From the NCBI GenBank assembly GCA_042408195.1, contig JBHOQL010000045.1, forward strand, positions 282 to 64,281: 64,000 nucleotides of DNA. The letters are read 5' to 3'. The notes under the pieces are model-generated. The model ran no database searches. It saw nothing but the letters and a program-made list of their open reading frames with translations, and had not been told where the DNA came from. Positions 28,763-38,800 of the stretch are shown here, in pieces. The stretch's first letter is position 1. Each line of letters begins with the position of its first letter. This DNA comes from Anaerolineae bacterium (lineage in GTDB: Bacteria > Chloroflexota > Anaerolineae > SpSt-600). The translations under genes and the position numbers were made by a program.

Positions 28763-30166
28763 ATGCTGCGCTTAAGGGTATTAGGCGAGGAAGGGGTAAA
28801 ACGTGTGCACGAAGCAACCCTGCGCCTCCTTTCTGATGTGGGAGTTGTATTGACTCACCCATATGCAAGAGGGCTGCTGTTAGATCATGGAGCTCATACT
28901 TCAGGGGATCGTGTACTTATTCCAGCCGACTTGGTGGAAAGTTGTTTGACTAGATGTCCACGCAAGGTTAAAATACAGGGCCGCGACCCGCAGAAGGCTA
29001 TAGAATTAGGGGATGGCTCCTGGCATGCCCACAACGTTGGAGGAGTACCCAATATCTCCGATGGGGAAGCACGACGCCAGGCCAAGCGTAAAGATGTGGC
29101 TGAAGCAGCTCGCTTGCTGGATGCTTTGCCCAATGTTTCCAGCGTGACCCCTCTTTTCACTCCTCACGACGTCCCTGGAGTTTCAATGGCGTTGTGGATG
29201 TATTACGACACAGTAACCAACACCACCAAGCCAATTCATGGCCCTGGAGTGCAAACGGCCAGTGAAGTTCGCGCTCTGGTGGAAATGGCTCGCATTGCTT
29301 GTCCAGACGGAACTTTAACAGTCGGGGTATCCCCTCTTAGCCCCCTTTCTTTTCCAGATGACGTGGTAGAGGCTATAATTGAAGCGGCTCATTTGGATAT
29401 ACCATTGGGCCCGCTTCCTTGCCCGATTATGGGGGCCACTGCTCCCATGTCAATAGCGGGGGCACTGGTGCAACAGAACGCTGAAGTGTTAGCATCTATT
29501 GTCTTGGCGCAGCTGGTGCGTCCAGGTCTGCCGATAATCTATACCGGGCGGCTCAGTGTAATGAACCCGCGTACAGGCCTTTCCGTATGGGGAAATCCAG
29601 AGATCGGGTTAATCTCAGCTGCCACTGTGGAGATTGGCCATCACTATGGGCTTCCGGTTAACGTCTATGGGTTATGCACCAATGCTCATACCCCTGATAT
29701 ACAAAGTGGTTATGAGCGGGCCCTCAACGTCCTTGTCCCAATATTAGCTGGAGCAGATGAAATCTCTGGGGTTGGTGAGTTGGAGGGTGGAATAACAAGT
29801 TCCCTGGTCCAGATAATCATAGACGATGAGATTTTATCCAGCATTAAGCGAATCCGGCGAGGGTTTGAAGTAAACGAGGAGACTCTGGCAGTGGATGTTA
29901 TAGCCCGGGTAATGACTGGCTCTAGGAATTTCCTGGCAGAGATGCACACTGTCAAATACCTGCGACAGGGGGAAGTGTGGCTTCCACGCTTAGCTGTGCG
30001 AGAGAGTTGGCACGAATGGGAAAAAACAGGCCAGCGAGGAATTGTGGAAAGAGCTAAGGAAAAGGTAGCGGAGTTACTTGCTCGCCATGAGGTTCCCCCA
30101 TTAGATGAGAAACAGGATGCTGCAATGAAAGAAGTAATCAAAGCGATGGAGCAAAAACAAGTTTAA
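28763..30166 (+). CDS. MttB-superfamily (trimethylamine methyltransferase-like) methyltransferase, non-pyrrolysine type
   Basis: MLRLRVLGEEGVKRVHEATLRLLSDVGV and length (467 aa) match the MttB family. The frame is uninterrupted, with no in-frame TAG. GAGGAGG RBS. Confidence 0.85.
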   Translation: MLRLRVLGEEGVKRVHEATLRLLSDVGVVLTHPYARGLLLDHGAHTSGDRVLIPADLVESCLTRCPRKVKIQGRDPQKAIELGDGSWHAHNVGGVPNISDGEARRQAKRKDVAEAARLLDALPNVSSVTPLFTPHDVPGVSMALWMYYDTVTNTTKPIHGPGVQTASEVRALVEMARIACPDGTLTVGVSPLSPLSFPDDVVEAIIEAAHLDIPLGPLPCPIMGATAPMSIAGALVQQNAEVLASIVLAQLVRPGLPIIYTGRLSVMNPRTGLSVWGNPEIGLISAATVEIGHHYGLPVNVYGLCTNAHTPDIQSGYERALNVLVPILAGADEISGVGELEGGITSSLVQIIIDDEILSSIKRIRRGFEVNEETLAVDVIARVMTGSRNFLAEMHTVKYLRQGEVWLPRLAVRESWHEWEKTGQRGIVERAKEKVAELLARHEVPPLDEKQDAAMKEVIKAMEQKQV

Positions 30167-30175
30167 GGAGGTGAA

Positions 30176-31621
30176 ATGAGCATCACTGTGGTGGGACTTG
30201 GGCCGGGTGATCCCAACCTCATCACGAGGGAAGTTTGGGAAATCTTGCAGAATGCCAAAGAGGTTTACCTGCGCACCGTAAAACATCCCACTGTAGCTTT
30301 TCTCCCCAAAGATCTTACGGTCCGTTCCTTTGACCATTTTTACGAGGAAAAAGAGACCTTTGACGAGGTCTACAGAGCTATAGCCGAAGAGGTTGTCAAA
30401 CTCGGGGCAAGGCCAGAAGGAGTGATTTACGCTGTGCCCGGACATCCCTTAGTAGGAGAAACCACTACCCGGCTTATCCTGGAAATAGCTTCTGAGAGGG
30501 GCGTGGAAGTTACGATCAAGGACGGTGTAAGCTTTCTGGATTCCCTTTTCAGCCTCCTAAGGCTTGACCCCCTCGAGGGATTGCAAGTAGTGGATGCATC
30601 AGAGCTCGCCTCCCACCACTATCCCAAGCTTGACCCCGACCGGCCCGCTGTGGTGGGCCAGCTCTACGACCGTTTCCTGGCTTCTCAGATTAAAGCTGCC
30701 CTGCTAGATGTATACCCCGAAGAGCATCCTGTCACTCTTGTCAGGGGGGCAGGCACTCCGACCCCAGTGATCCGCACTTTCCCTCTGCATGAACTCGACC
30801 GCCAGGAGGAAATTGATCACCTTACATCTCTTTTCATCCCACCCCTCCCCGAGGAAAGCTCTTTCATCTCCCTCCAAGAGATCGTGGCTCACCTTCGCTC
30901 TCCAGAGGGGTGTCCGTGGGATCGCCAACAGACCCACAAGAGCATACGGCCTTTCCTCCTCGAGGAAACCTATGAGGTTTTAGAGGCGCTGGATGAGGAA
31001 AATCCTGCTAAACTCCGGGATGAACTCGGGGACTTGCTGCTTCAGATCCTACTTCACGCCCAAATCGCTCTTGAAGAAGGAGAATTTCGCCCCACAGAAA
31101 TCATCGTTAACCTCATCCGCAAGCTTAAGCGGCGCCACCCTCATGTCTTCGGCGAGGTTAAAGTGAAGGATGCTGAAGAAGTGGTGCATAGATGGGAGAA
31201 GATAAAGCGGGAGGAAAGAGGAGAAGAGCTTATCTCTCTGCTCGATGGGGTCCCCAGAGCCCTCTGCGCTCTGGCTCAGGCCCAAGCTTACCAGCGGAAG
31301 GCTGCTGAGGTAGGCTTTGATTGGGAAAGTGCAGATGGGGTTTGGCAAAAGCTAGAGGAAGAACTGGCCGAACTCAAGGCTGCTCGCTCTCCGGAGGAAG
31401 TAGAGAAAGAAATCGGGGATGTCCTTTTCACCGTGGTGAGCCTTGCCCGCTGGTTCAAAGTTGACGCCGAAAGTGCCCTGCGCATGGCCAATGCCCGCTT
31501 CGCCTCCCGTTTCAGATACATTGAAACGGAGGCCATAAAAAGGGGCGGAAAGCTTGAGGAGCTTGACCTGAAAGAGATGGACGCCCTTTGGGAGGAAGCC
31601 AAAAACCTTGAGGAGGAATGA
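30176..31621 (+). CDS. mazG: YabN-type fusion: tetrapyrrole-methylase-like N-domain plus MazG nucleoside-triphosphate pyrophosphohydrolase
   Basis: ITVVGLGPGDPNLIT (TP-methylase fold), then two MazG repeats (ETYEVLEALDE...ELGDLLLQI and KLEEELAEL...EIGDVLFTVV). Confidence 0.85.
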   Translation: MSITVVGLGPGDPNLITREVWEILQNAKEVYLRTVKHPTVAFLPKDLTVRSFDHFYEEKETFDEVYRAIAEEVVKLGARPEGVIYAVPGHPLVGETTTRLILEIASERGVEVTIKDGVSFLDSLFSLLRLDPLEGLQVVDASELASHHYPKLDPDRPAVVGQLYDRFLASQIKAALLDVYPEEHPVTLVRGAGTPTPVIRTFPLHELDRQEEIDHLTSLFIPPLPEESSFISLQEIVAHLRSPEGCPWDRQQTHKSIRPFLLEETYEVLEALDEENPAKLRDELGDLLLQILLHAQIALEEGEFRPTEIIVNLIRKLKRRHPHVFGEVKVKDAEEVVHRWEKIKREERGEELISLLDGVPRALCALAQAQAYQRKAAEVGFDWESADGVWQKLEEELAELKAARSPEEVEKEIGDVLFTVVSLARWFKVDAESALRMANARFASRFRYIETEAIKRGGKLEELDLKEMDALWEEAKNLEEE

Positions 31622-32265
31622 CTATGGAGGCTCTGCTGGAAGAAATGATCGAAGCTCTCTACAATGGCGAGATTGACAGGGTAGCCGAACTAACCCGCAA
31701 AGCCCTGGATAAGGGCATTCCACCCGAGGAAATCCTCAACAAGGGCCTTATTGCCGGAATGGAGAAAGTGGGCAAAGATTTCCGCGATGGTATACTATTT
31801 GTGCCGGAAGTGCTGGTGGCAGCTTACGCCATGAAGACAGGGATGGAAATCCTACGGCCTCTTTTGGCAGAAACAGGGGTTTCGAGCCTAGGCACTTTCG
31901 TCATTGGCACCGTTAAGGGCGACCTCCACGATATCGGCAAGAACATGGTGGCCATGATGCTGGAAGGGGCAGGGTTCAGGGTAGTGGACCTCGGAGTTGA
32001 TACCCCACCGGAAAAGTTCGTGGAGGCCGTGAAAGAGTACAAACCCCAGATCGTGGGGATGTCTGCCCTCCTGACTACCACTATGGTAGAAATGAAGAGG
32101 GTAATAGAGGCCCTGAAGGAAGCCGGTCTGCGGGACAGAGTCAAAGTTATGGTTGGAGGCGCTCCAGTAACTCAGGAATACGCCGATGAGATCGGAGCCG
32201 ACGGCTACGCCCCGAATGCTTCTTTGGCCGTTGAAAAGGCAAAAGTTTTACTGGGGGTAAGCTGA
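31618..32265 (+). CDS. Cobalamin-binding corrinoid protein (MtbC/MttC/MtgC-like)
   Basis: B12-binding-2 helical cap, then a Rossmann domain with GDLHDIGKNMV (DxHxxG) and MSALLTTT. ATGA overlap with the mazG stop. Confidence 0.85.
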   Translation: MTMEALLEEMIEALYNGEIDRVAELTRKALDKGIPPEEILNKGLIAGMEKVGKDFRDGILFVPEVLVAAYAMKTGMEILRPLLAETGVSSLGTFVIGTVKGDLHDIGKNMVAMMLEGAGFRVVDLGVDTPPEKFVEAVKEYKPQIVGMSALLTTTMVEMKRVIEALKEAGLRDRVKVMVGGAPVTQEYADEIGADGYAPNASLAVEKAKVLLGVS

Positions 32266-32267
32266 CC

Positions 32268-33140
32268 ATGGAAACGAAGCTCATGGGTATCGCTAAATCC
32301 GTCATCATATCCCCTGAACGTCCCGTAGTCCTCATTGGAGAGAGGATCAATCCCACTGGGAAGAAACGGTTGACCGCTGCCTTGAAAGCCGGTGATATGG
32401 GCATCGTGCAGCAAGAGGCCATTGCACAGGTAAGAGCCGGAGCTGATGTGCTAGACGTAAACGTGGGAGCAGCTGGGGTTGATGAAGTTCAGCTGCTCCC
32501 CCAGGCCCTCAGAGCAGTCTTGGAAGTGGTGGATGTACCCCTTTGTATAGATTCTTCCAACCCTCGCGCTCTCAGTTCTGCTCTGGAAACGCTGCGGAAG
32601 ATCGCGCCGGAGGCCAGGCCTATCCTCAATTCGGTGAACGGAGAGGAGCGCTCCCTTAACCGGGTTTTGCCCCTCGTTAAGGATTACGGTACGGCCGTTA
32701 TCGCCCTGGCCATGGATGAGAAGGGAATACCTTCAACCCCGGAAGAGCGGCTTGCAGTGCTTGAAAGAATTTTTGAAAGGGCCCACGGCATGGGAATACC
32801 AACGGAGGACATCATCGCTGACCCCCTAGCTTTGACCGTGAGCTCCGACAGCAAAGCCGCCCTGGTGGCTTTTCAAACAATAAAACTTGTTAGGGAAAGG
32901 CTCGGATGCAACATAACCATCGGGGCCAGCAACGTCTCCTTCGATCTGCCTGAGCGAGAGGTAATCAATGGAGCCTTTTTGGCCATAGCCATCGCTCTTG
33001 GAGTTAACTGCCCCATTGTGGATGTGGCCAAGGCTCGCCCCATTGTTCTGGCGACGGATCTCCTCCTCGGGCGCGACCCCTTTGCTATGCGTTACATAAA
33101 AGCCTACCGGGAGCGCGCCTCCGGAAGTACTAAGCCCTGA
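32268..33140 (+). CDS. Pterin-binding methyltransferase (methyl-corrinoid:tetrahydrofolate methyltransferase, MtgA/MtrH/AcsE-like)
   Basis: IGERINPTGKKRL...LDVNVG...CIDSSNP...NSVNGE...IGASNVSF is the TIM-barrel pterin-binding (DHPS-like) pattern. Confidence 0.8.
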   Translation: METKLMGIAKSVIISPERPVVLIGERINPTGKKRLTAALKAGDMGIVQQEAIAQVRAGADVLDVNVGAAGVDEVQLLPQALRAVLEVVDVPLCIDSSNPRALSSALETLRKIAPEARPILNSVNGEERSLNRVLPLVKDYGTAVIALAMDEKGIPSTPEERLAVLERIFERAHGMGIPTEDIIADPLALTVSSDSKAALVAFQTIKLVRERLGCNITIGASNVSFDLPEREVINGAFLAIAIALGVNCPIVDVAKARPIVLATDLLLGRDPFAMRYIKAYRERASGSTKP

Positions 33141-33199
33141 GCTTTTGCGTCTTATGGGTTTTTGGGCTAAAATCCCTCAAAACCCGGAAGGTGGCAACC

Positions 33200-33649
33200 A
33201 TGAAGATAGCAGTTATAGACGGACTTGGAGGAGGAATCGGGGCTGAAGTAGTGGCCCGACTGAGGCAGGAACTGCCCCTTGAGGTGGAGATAATCGCCTT
33301 GGGCACCAACGCCATCGCCACCGACAAGATGATGAAGGCCAAAGCCAACCGAGGAGCCACGGGGGAAAACGCTATACGCATATCGATCCGGGAAGCCGAT
33401 TTCATAATAGCCCCGCTGAGCATCCTCATCCCTCATTCCCTTATGGGGGAAGTGACTCCAGGAATAGCGGAGGCTGTGGCTTTGGCTCCAGGCCATAAAC
33501 TGATCCTACCCATAGTTCAGCCGGGCCTTGAGATCCTCGGCCTTGAATGGAGGCCTTTATCCAAGCAGATCGGCGAGGCCGTGCAGATCATAAAGCGCAA
33601 AGCGGGACTCCTGCCCGAAGAGAGTAAGGAAATCGTAAGGGAATCGTAA
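33200..33649 (+). CDS. DUF3842-like small protein
   Basis: MKIAVIDGLGGGIGAEVVARLRQ... has a Rossmann-like N terminus. GGAAGG RBS upstream of the ATG at 33200. Confidence 0.55.
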   Translation: MKIAVIDGLGGGIGAEVVARLRQELPLEVEIIALGTNAIATDKMMKAKANRGATGENAIRISIREADFIIAPLSILIPHSLMGEVTPGIAEAVALAPGHKLILPIVQPGLEILGLEWRPLSKQIGEAVQIIKRKAGLLPEESKEIVRES

Positions 33650-33739
33650 GGATTGCGTAAAGCAAAAGGCTGCCTCTTTTTCTTAAAATAAAAGCGGGGT
33701 GTAGGGGGCAAGGCCAGCAACCCGGATTCTCCTCCTTAG

Positions 33740-33780
33740 CACGAAGTCGGGGGCAAAAGCGCCCCCGACTTCGTGTTTTA
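33740..33780. terminator. Hairpin terminator between convergent operons
   Basis: cacgaagtcggggg-caaaagcg-cccccgacttcgtg is a 14-bp stem, followed by TTTTA on the + strand. On the minus strand it lies 9 nt after the aminotransferase stop. Confidence 0.6.
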
Positions 33781-33788
33781 CGGCCCTC

Positions 33789-34937
33789 TCAATCTCCCTC
33801 AAGCCCCACCAATGACTGCCCAGGCTCCACCATAATACCATTGCTGCGGAGGAATTCCTCAACAGCAAGGAGGAATTCTTTTATGAAGGGTTTGGTGGAG
33901 GCTTTGCCCATGTGCCCTACTCGGAAGATCTTGCCTTCAAAAGGCCCGAGCCCACCAGCAATCAGGATGCCATGTTCTTTAGCCAGATAGTCTATCAATT
34001 TCTTGACGGGAAGCTCTTTCCGCATTTTGACAGCAGTAGCTACGGGTGAGGCTATGGGCTCTTCCACCAGCATTTCAAAGCCGATGGCTTTAAGCCCTTC
34101 CCTTATAGCCTTGGCCGCTTTCTTGTAACGCTCAAAGTGGGCCTCAAGGCCCTCAATCTTTAGAATGCGTTTCAGGCTTTCTCTAAGGGCTACGATGTTG
34201 TTGGTGGGGAGGGTTGTCGGATAGGGATGCCACTCGGCCCAATCCCTGGCATATTTCCTCCAGGTCTTGAGGCTCAGATACCAGCCGTGGCGGCTCTCGT
34301 TGTTATCCACGTACTCCCAGGCTTTCGGACTCACGGAGATGAAGGCTATTCCGGGAGGACACTCCAAGCATTTGTTGGCCACGGTTACGCACAGATCTAT
34401 CCCCCACTCATCCACAGGTAAAGGCACTCCGCCCAGAGAAGAGATGGCATCTACTATCAGGAGCAACCCTTTCTCCCTGGTGACATCCGCTAGCTCCTTG
34501 AGGGGGTTCATAACGGTGGTAGAGGTTTCGTGGTGAACTACAGCCACCCCCTTGACCTCTGGATGCTCTTGCAAGATGCGCCTCAGTTCTTCGGGGTCAA
34601 GGGGTCGGCCCCAATCAGCTTTGAATTCAATAACTTCGAGGCCCCAGGATCTGGCTATTTCAGCCATCCTCCCACCGAAAAAGCCATTTACGCCCACTAC
34701 TACCGCATCGCCTTGGGAGAAAGCGCTCCCAAAAGCCATGTCAATGGCACCGGATCCCGCTGCGGGGATTATAAAAAGGTCGTTTTTGGTCTGAAACAGT
34801 TCCTTGAGGAGGTTAAGGGTTTCGGTGTAAATTTCCATCCATTCAGGGCCATAGTGCCTCGGGGTAGGCTTGGCTAAGGCTAAGAGGATTTCTTCCTCTA
34901 CTTCACAGGGACCAGGGATGTAAAGCTTGTAGCGCAT
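33789..34937 (-). CDS. Class V aminotransferase (serine-pyruvate / alanine-glyoxylate type)
   Basis: YIPGPCEV..., VVHHETSTT, DAISSLGG, and the PLP-Lys region VTVANKCLECPPG. Confidence 0.85.
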   Translation of the reverse strand: MRYKLYIPGPCEVEEEILLALAKPTPRHYGPEWMEIYTETLNLLKELFQTKNDLFIIPAAGSGAIDMAFGSAFSQGDAVVVGVNGFFGGRMAEIARSWGLEVIEFKADWGRPLDPEELRRILQEHPEVKGVAVVHHETSTTVMNPLKELADVTREKGLLLIVDAISSLGGVPLPVDEWGIDLCVTVANKCLECPPGIAFISVSPKAWEYVDNNESRHGWYLSLKTWRKYARDWAEWHPYPTTLPTNNIVALRESLKRILKIEGLEAHFERYKKAAKAIREGLKAIGFEMLVEEPIASPVATAVKMRKELPVKKLIDYLAKEHGILIAGGLGPFEGKIFRVGHMGKASTKPFIKEFLLAVEEFLRSNGIMVEPGQSLVGLEGD

Positions 34938-34949
34938 GTTTCCCTCCTT

Positions 34950-35855
34950 TTACAAAGGTGTAGCAAGTTTCTCCAGCGTTTCCCTGAAATCCACCCACCT
35001 TATGCGGGACAGGCCAAGCTTGCGGCGCAAGTGCTCGGGCTCCATCCCGGCTTTAAAATCCTTGAGAGCCCTCGTCCACCGCAGCATCTCAAAGGTAACG
35101 CTGCGGTTGAGACCCGCTGCCTGAGCCAGCTCGTGCAGGACATACTCAAGGTTCCGGCCTGTACACTCAAAGAGCCTTTCCCTGGGTCCGTATTGCTCAA
35201 GGTAGGCTTTGAGGATGGGGACAATCTCGGGAGGAAGGGCTAACCTGCGTTCCTTATACTGCAGCTTAGGATTGCTGTAGCGGATAAGAACCGCAGGATT
35301 TACAGGATCGGATAAGTCAAAGTCAACCGGGCGCAGGCTCAGGCACTCACTTTTTTTGATCCCGGTGCTGAGAAGCAAGAGGAAGAGGAGAAAAGGCCTG
35401 TAATCGGGGTCGGGGCCGGCAGCCAGACGGTTGGCTGCCTCAAGCAGGGCAGTAATTTCCTCATCCGTCAGAAACTCTGGAAGGGGTGGCTTAGCTGGCC
35501 GGTGAGGGATAGGAGCAGCCGGGTCCTCGGGAATTGCCCCGATCCTCCGCAGCCATCGGAAGAAAACCTTCAGGGTCGTGAGACGCCTGGCGTAGGATTT
35601 GGGGCTGCAGGGAACTCCTCGCTTGTAGAGCAGGTAATCTAAGAAGCCTTTAAGTTCTAAGACCCCTATGGTCCCTATAGGCCTGTCCTTACCCAGGTAA
35701 CGGCTCAGTAAGCTTAAATCCCAAAGGAAAGACTTCCTGGTGTTTAGAGTGAAACCCTCCCTTTCCATGTAGCCTTTGAAGGCCTCAATGGCTTCGGCAA
35801 GGGGGGTGCGGGTCGTCAGCTTAGCTTCTTCCAATAAAGGAAGCTGCTTAGCCAT
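34950..35855 (-). CDS. Tyrosine-recombinase (XerC/D, phage-integrase) fold protein with a degenerate active site
   Basis: SAM-like N-domain (AIEAFKGYMEREGFTLNTRKSFLWDLSLLSRYL) and a catalytic-domain scaffold, but STGIKKSE (Arg to Lys), FEMLRWT (first His to Glu) and LGLSRIRWVDFRETL (no Tyr). It overlaps the PBP1A 3' end by 40 nt. Confidence 0.7.
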   Translation of the reverse strand: MAKQLPLLEEAKLTTRTPLAEAIEAFKGYMEREGFTLNTRKSFLWDLSLLSRYLGKDRPIGTIGVLELKGFLDYLLYKRGVPCSPKSYARRLTTLKVFFRWLRRIGAIPEDPAAPIPHRPAKPPLPEFLTDEEITALLEAANRLAAGPDPDYRPFLLFLLLLSTGIKKSECLSLRPVDFDLSDPVNPAVLIRYSNPKLQYKERRLALPPEIVPILKAYLEQYGPRERLFECTGRNLEYVLHELAQAAGLNRSVTFEMLRWTRALKDFKAGMEPEHLRRKLGLSRIRWVDFRETLEKLATPL

Positions 35856-38800
35856 ACTTCTTCAGGCCTTTTCACCCAGACCTCGGAAGGCAGGGCTGCT
35901 TTTTTCTCTTTCTTCTCCTTCTTCTCGTGTACCACATTTATGCGGATTTGCTTGCTCTGGGTTGAATTACCAGCGGAGTCGTAAGCTATGACGTGAATCA
36001 CGTGGGTTTCAGTGTAACCAACCGTATCGGAAATTATGGTCATGCCGTTGGAGAAAACGAGTTTGTAGGTTTCGCCCTCCACAAAACTCTGAGCTATCGC
36101 CATCTCCTGCCAAGTTACAGTTCCATCGGGATTGGTGACTGGAACGAGGGCTGTTATAACCGCCCCGGGGACGGGGATCGTATCGGACATCCTGATAGTC
36201 CATTTAAAGCTGTAGGGTGGGACGGAGCTCTCCCCAATTTTGTTGTTGTCCAGGTAAAATTCAACCTTGTCCATAGAGATATTATCGGTGGCGTAGGCCT
36301 GAATGTTCACCCACTCATCCTGCTCCATTACGTAAACATCCCCGTCGTCGGGATGGATCAGCTCCACTTTTGGTGGAGTGTTGTCCACTGTGACCTGGAT
36401 TATGGAGCGCTTGATGGTTTGGTCGTGATCCACCACTGTGAGCTGGAGGGTATAGAGACCCTCAAGACCCACCGTATCCCAGTACTCCAGCACCCCATTG
36501 TCTACTTGATGGTAATGATCGCTTCCGATCTGATTCCAGGCCGATGGATTGAGGCCCTTGCCAACCTCCAAACGGTAGAGCATGAAATTAGGTGAGCGGG
36601 CGTTGCCCACTATTGGCACTATTCCACGGACATAAGAGTAGGGAGGCGGGCTAATGATAGCTACATCTCCTCCCTGGAGGATGGGACCGTAAGAATCATC
36701 GTAAACGGTTGGTGGCTGAGGTATTCCAGCCATTCTAACCCAGTCGGCCGCTTCGGGCGGGTAAATTTCATAGACCCTTTCCTCCACCAATTCTGGAGGA
36801 GTGTAGATAGTAGCCAGTTTGCCGTTAGCTTTATTTATGAGGAAAACTTGGTGGACGTTACAGTAAGTTGTGGGTTCGGTCCCCTTAATGAAGATTTCTT
36901 TCACCCTGTGAGGGCAGTAAGGGTTGGGGAGAAGGCCGGAAATCGCACACACTTCCATTTCTATGATGTCTGGAGGGCGCCTGAAGTCCTTCTCTATCGG
37001 TTCAGGGCTTATGAGGCGTTCCACGAGGCCCTCGTTGTAAGCCCTTTCCATGATATTGTGCCATATGGGGGCAGCTCCCCGGGCTCCCGGGATGCGCTCC
37101 ATAGGCTCGTTGTTGGTGTTCCCGACCCACACTCCAACGCATATCTGCGGGGTGTAGCCTATTATCCACGCATCCCGCCAATCGTCTGTGGTCCCAGTCT
37201 TTACCGCAGCCGGACGCGAAATCTGCAGCGGGTTGTTGACGCCGAAGGCAGCGATACGGGCTTTATTGTCGGAAAGGATGTGGGTGATGAGGTAGGCCAA
37301 CTGAGGGCTGAGGATCTGACGCGATTCCGGTGCCTTGAATTCTTTCAGAATCCGACCATTCTTATCCTCAACTCGTAGTATTGCCACTGGCTGGAGCTCC
37401 CGGTAGCCAGGCAATCGCTTTTCGGGCGGGACGGGCTCCCCCATCATGGTGCCACCGTTGGCGAAGACGGAATAAGCGAAAACCATGTCCAGTAGGCTCA
37501 CTTCACCACCACCAAGGGTAAGGGAAAGGCCGTAATGGTCAGCATTGAGGGTAGTTATGCCCATGCGATGGGCCACATTAATAACGTTTTTCACCCCGAC
37601 TTTGCTGAGAGTCCACACCGCTGGGAGATTGTAGGATCTGGCGAGAGCGTTGCGGAGGCTCTGAGGACCATGGTATTTGCGGTCGTAATTGGCTGGGCAG
37701 TAAGGAGGGTTGGGGGGATCAGGGAAGCACATAGGGACATCCAAAAGCATTGTAGCTGGGGTGAAACCTTGAGCGAGAGCTGTGACGTAAGTGAAGGGTT
37801 TGAAAGCGGAGCCAGGCTGCCGAGGGGAGATGGCCATGTTCACTTCGCCGTCTATTTCCTCGTTCCAATAATCAATGCTCCCCACCATGGCCAGGATTTC
37901 GCCGGTGCGGTTGCGCATTATCACCACGGCTGCGTTAGATGGTTTCTTTTCTATTTTTGGATCGCTGCGGAGGGCTTCAATGTGCTTGCGCGCCTCTTCT
38001 TCGGCGAGCCTCTGGAAATCGAGGTCTAAGGTTGTGTATACTTTCAACCCTCCCTTGTAGACCAGGTCCGGCCCGAATTCTTCTTCCAAAAGTTTGCGAA
38101 CGTAGAGGACAAAATGCGGGGCAGTTATGCCGGTCTTTTCTCGTAGCGGCCTCACTTTGATAGGGGTATAGTATTTGGCCTCTATAGCTTGTTCCGGGGT
38201 TATGTATCCCTGGCGGACCATTGCGTCCAGAACCAGGTGTTGACGCTTGCGGGCTTCTTCAGGGTTATCGATGGGGTTCTGAGCTGGGAACTGGGGAATG
38301 GCCGCCAACATCGCGCATTCAGCCAGGTTCAGCTCCCATACATGTTTGCCGAAGTAAACTTGAGCGGCAGCCTCGACTCCGTAAGCCAGGTTGCCGTAGT
38401 AGATGGTGTTTAGGTACCACTCTAATATCTGGTCTTTGGGATAACGACGGGAAATTTCCAGAGCTAGTATGGCTTCTTTTATTTTGCGGGCGATGGTCTT
38501 CTTGTACCGCTCTTCGGGAGGAATAACGGTGTTTTTCACCAGTTGCATTGTGATAGTGCTGGCTCCTTGGATAGGGTAACCTCTCAGGTTGTACCAAATG
38601 GCTCTGGCGAGCCCCTCAAAATCTATGCCAGGGTTCTTGTAGAAATTTTTGTCCTCAATGGCAATCGTGGCCTGGCGGAGATAGATTGGTATCTTCTCCA
38701 AGGGGACCCAGGTCCGGTAGCCAGCGAAGGGGTTTGCGATCTCGTAGAGGAGGTGCTTTCCGGTGCGATCGTAAATCTTTGCGCTTTCAAAGCTGCCGGT

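Noticed and set aside
28763-30166. Pyrrolysine (in-frame TAG) in the MttB homologue
   Set aside because: The ORF is continuous over 467 codons with no internal amber codon, so it is a non-Pyl member.
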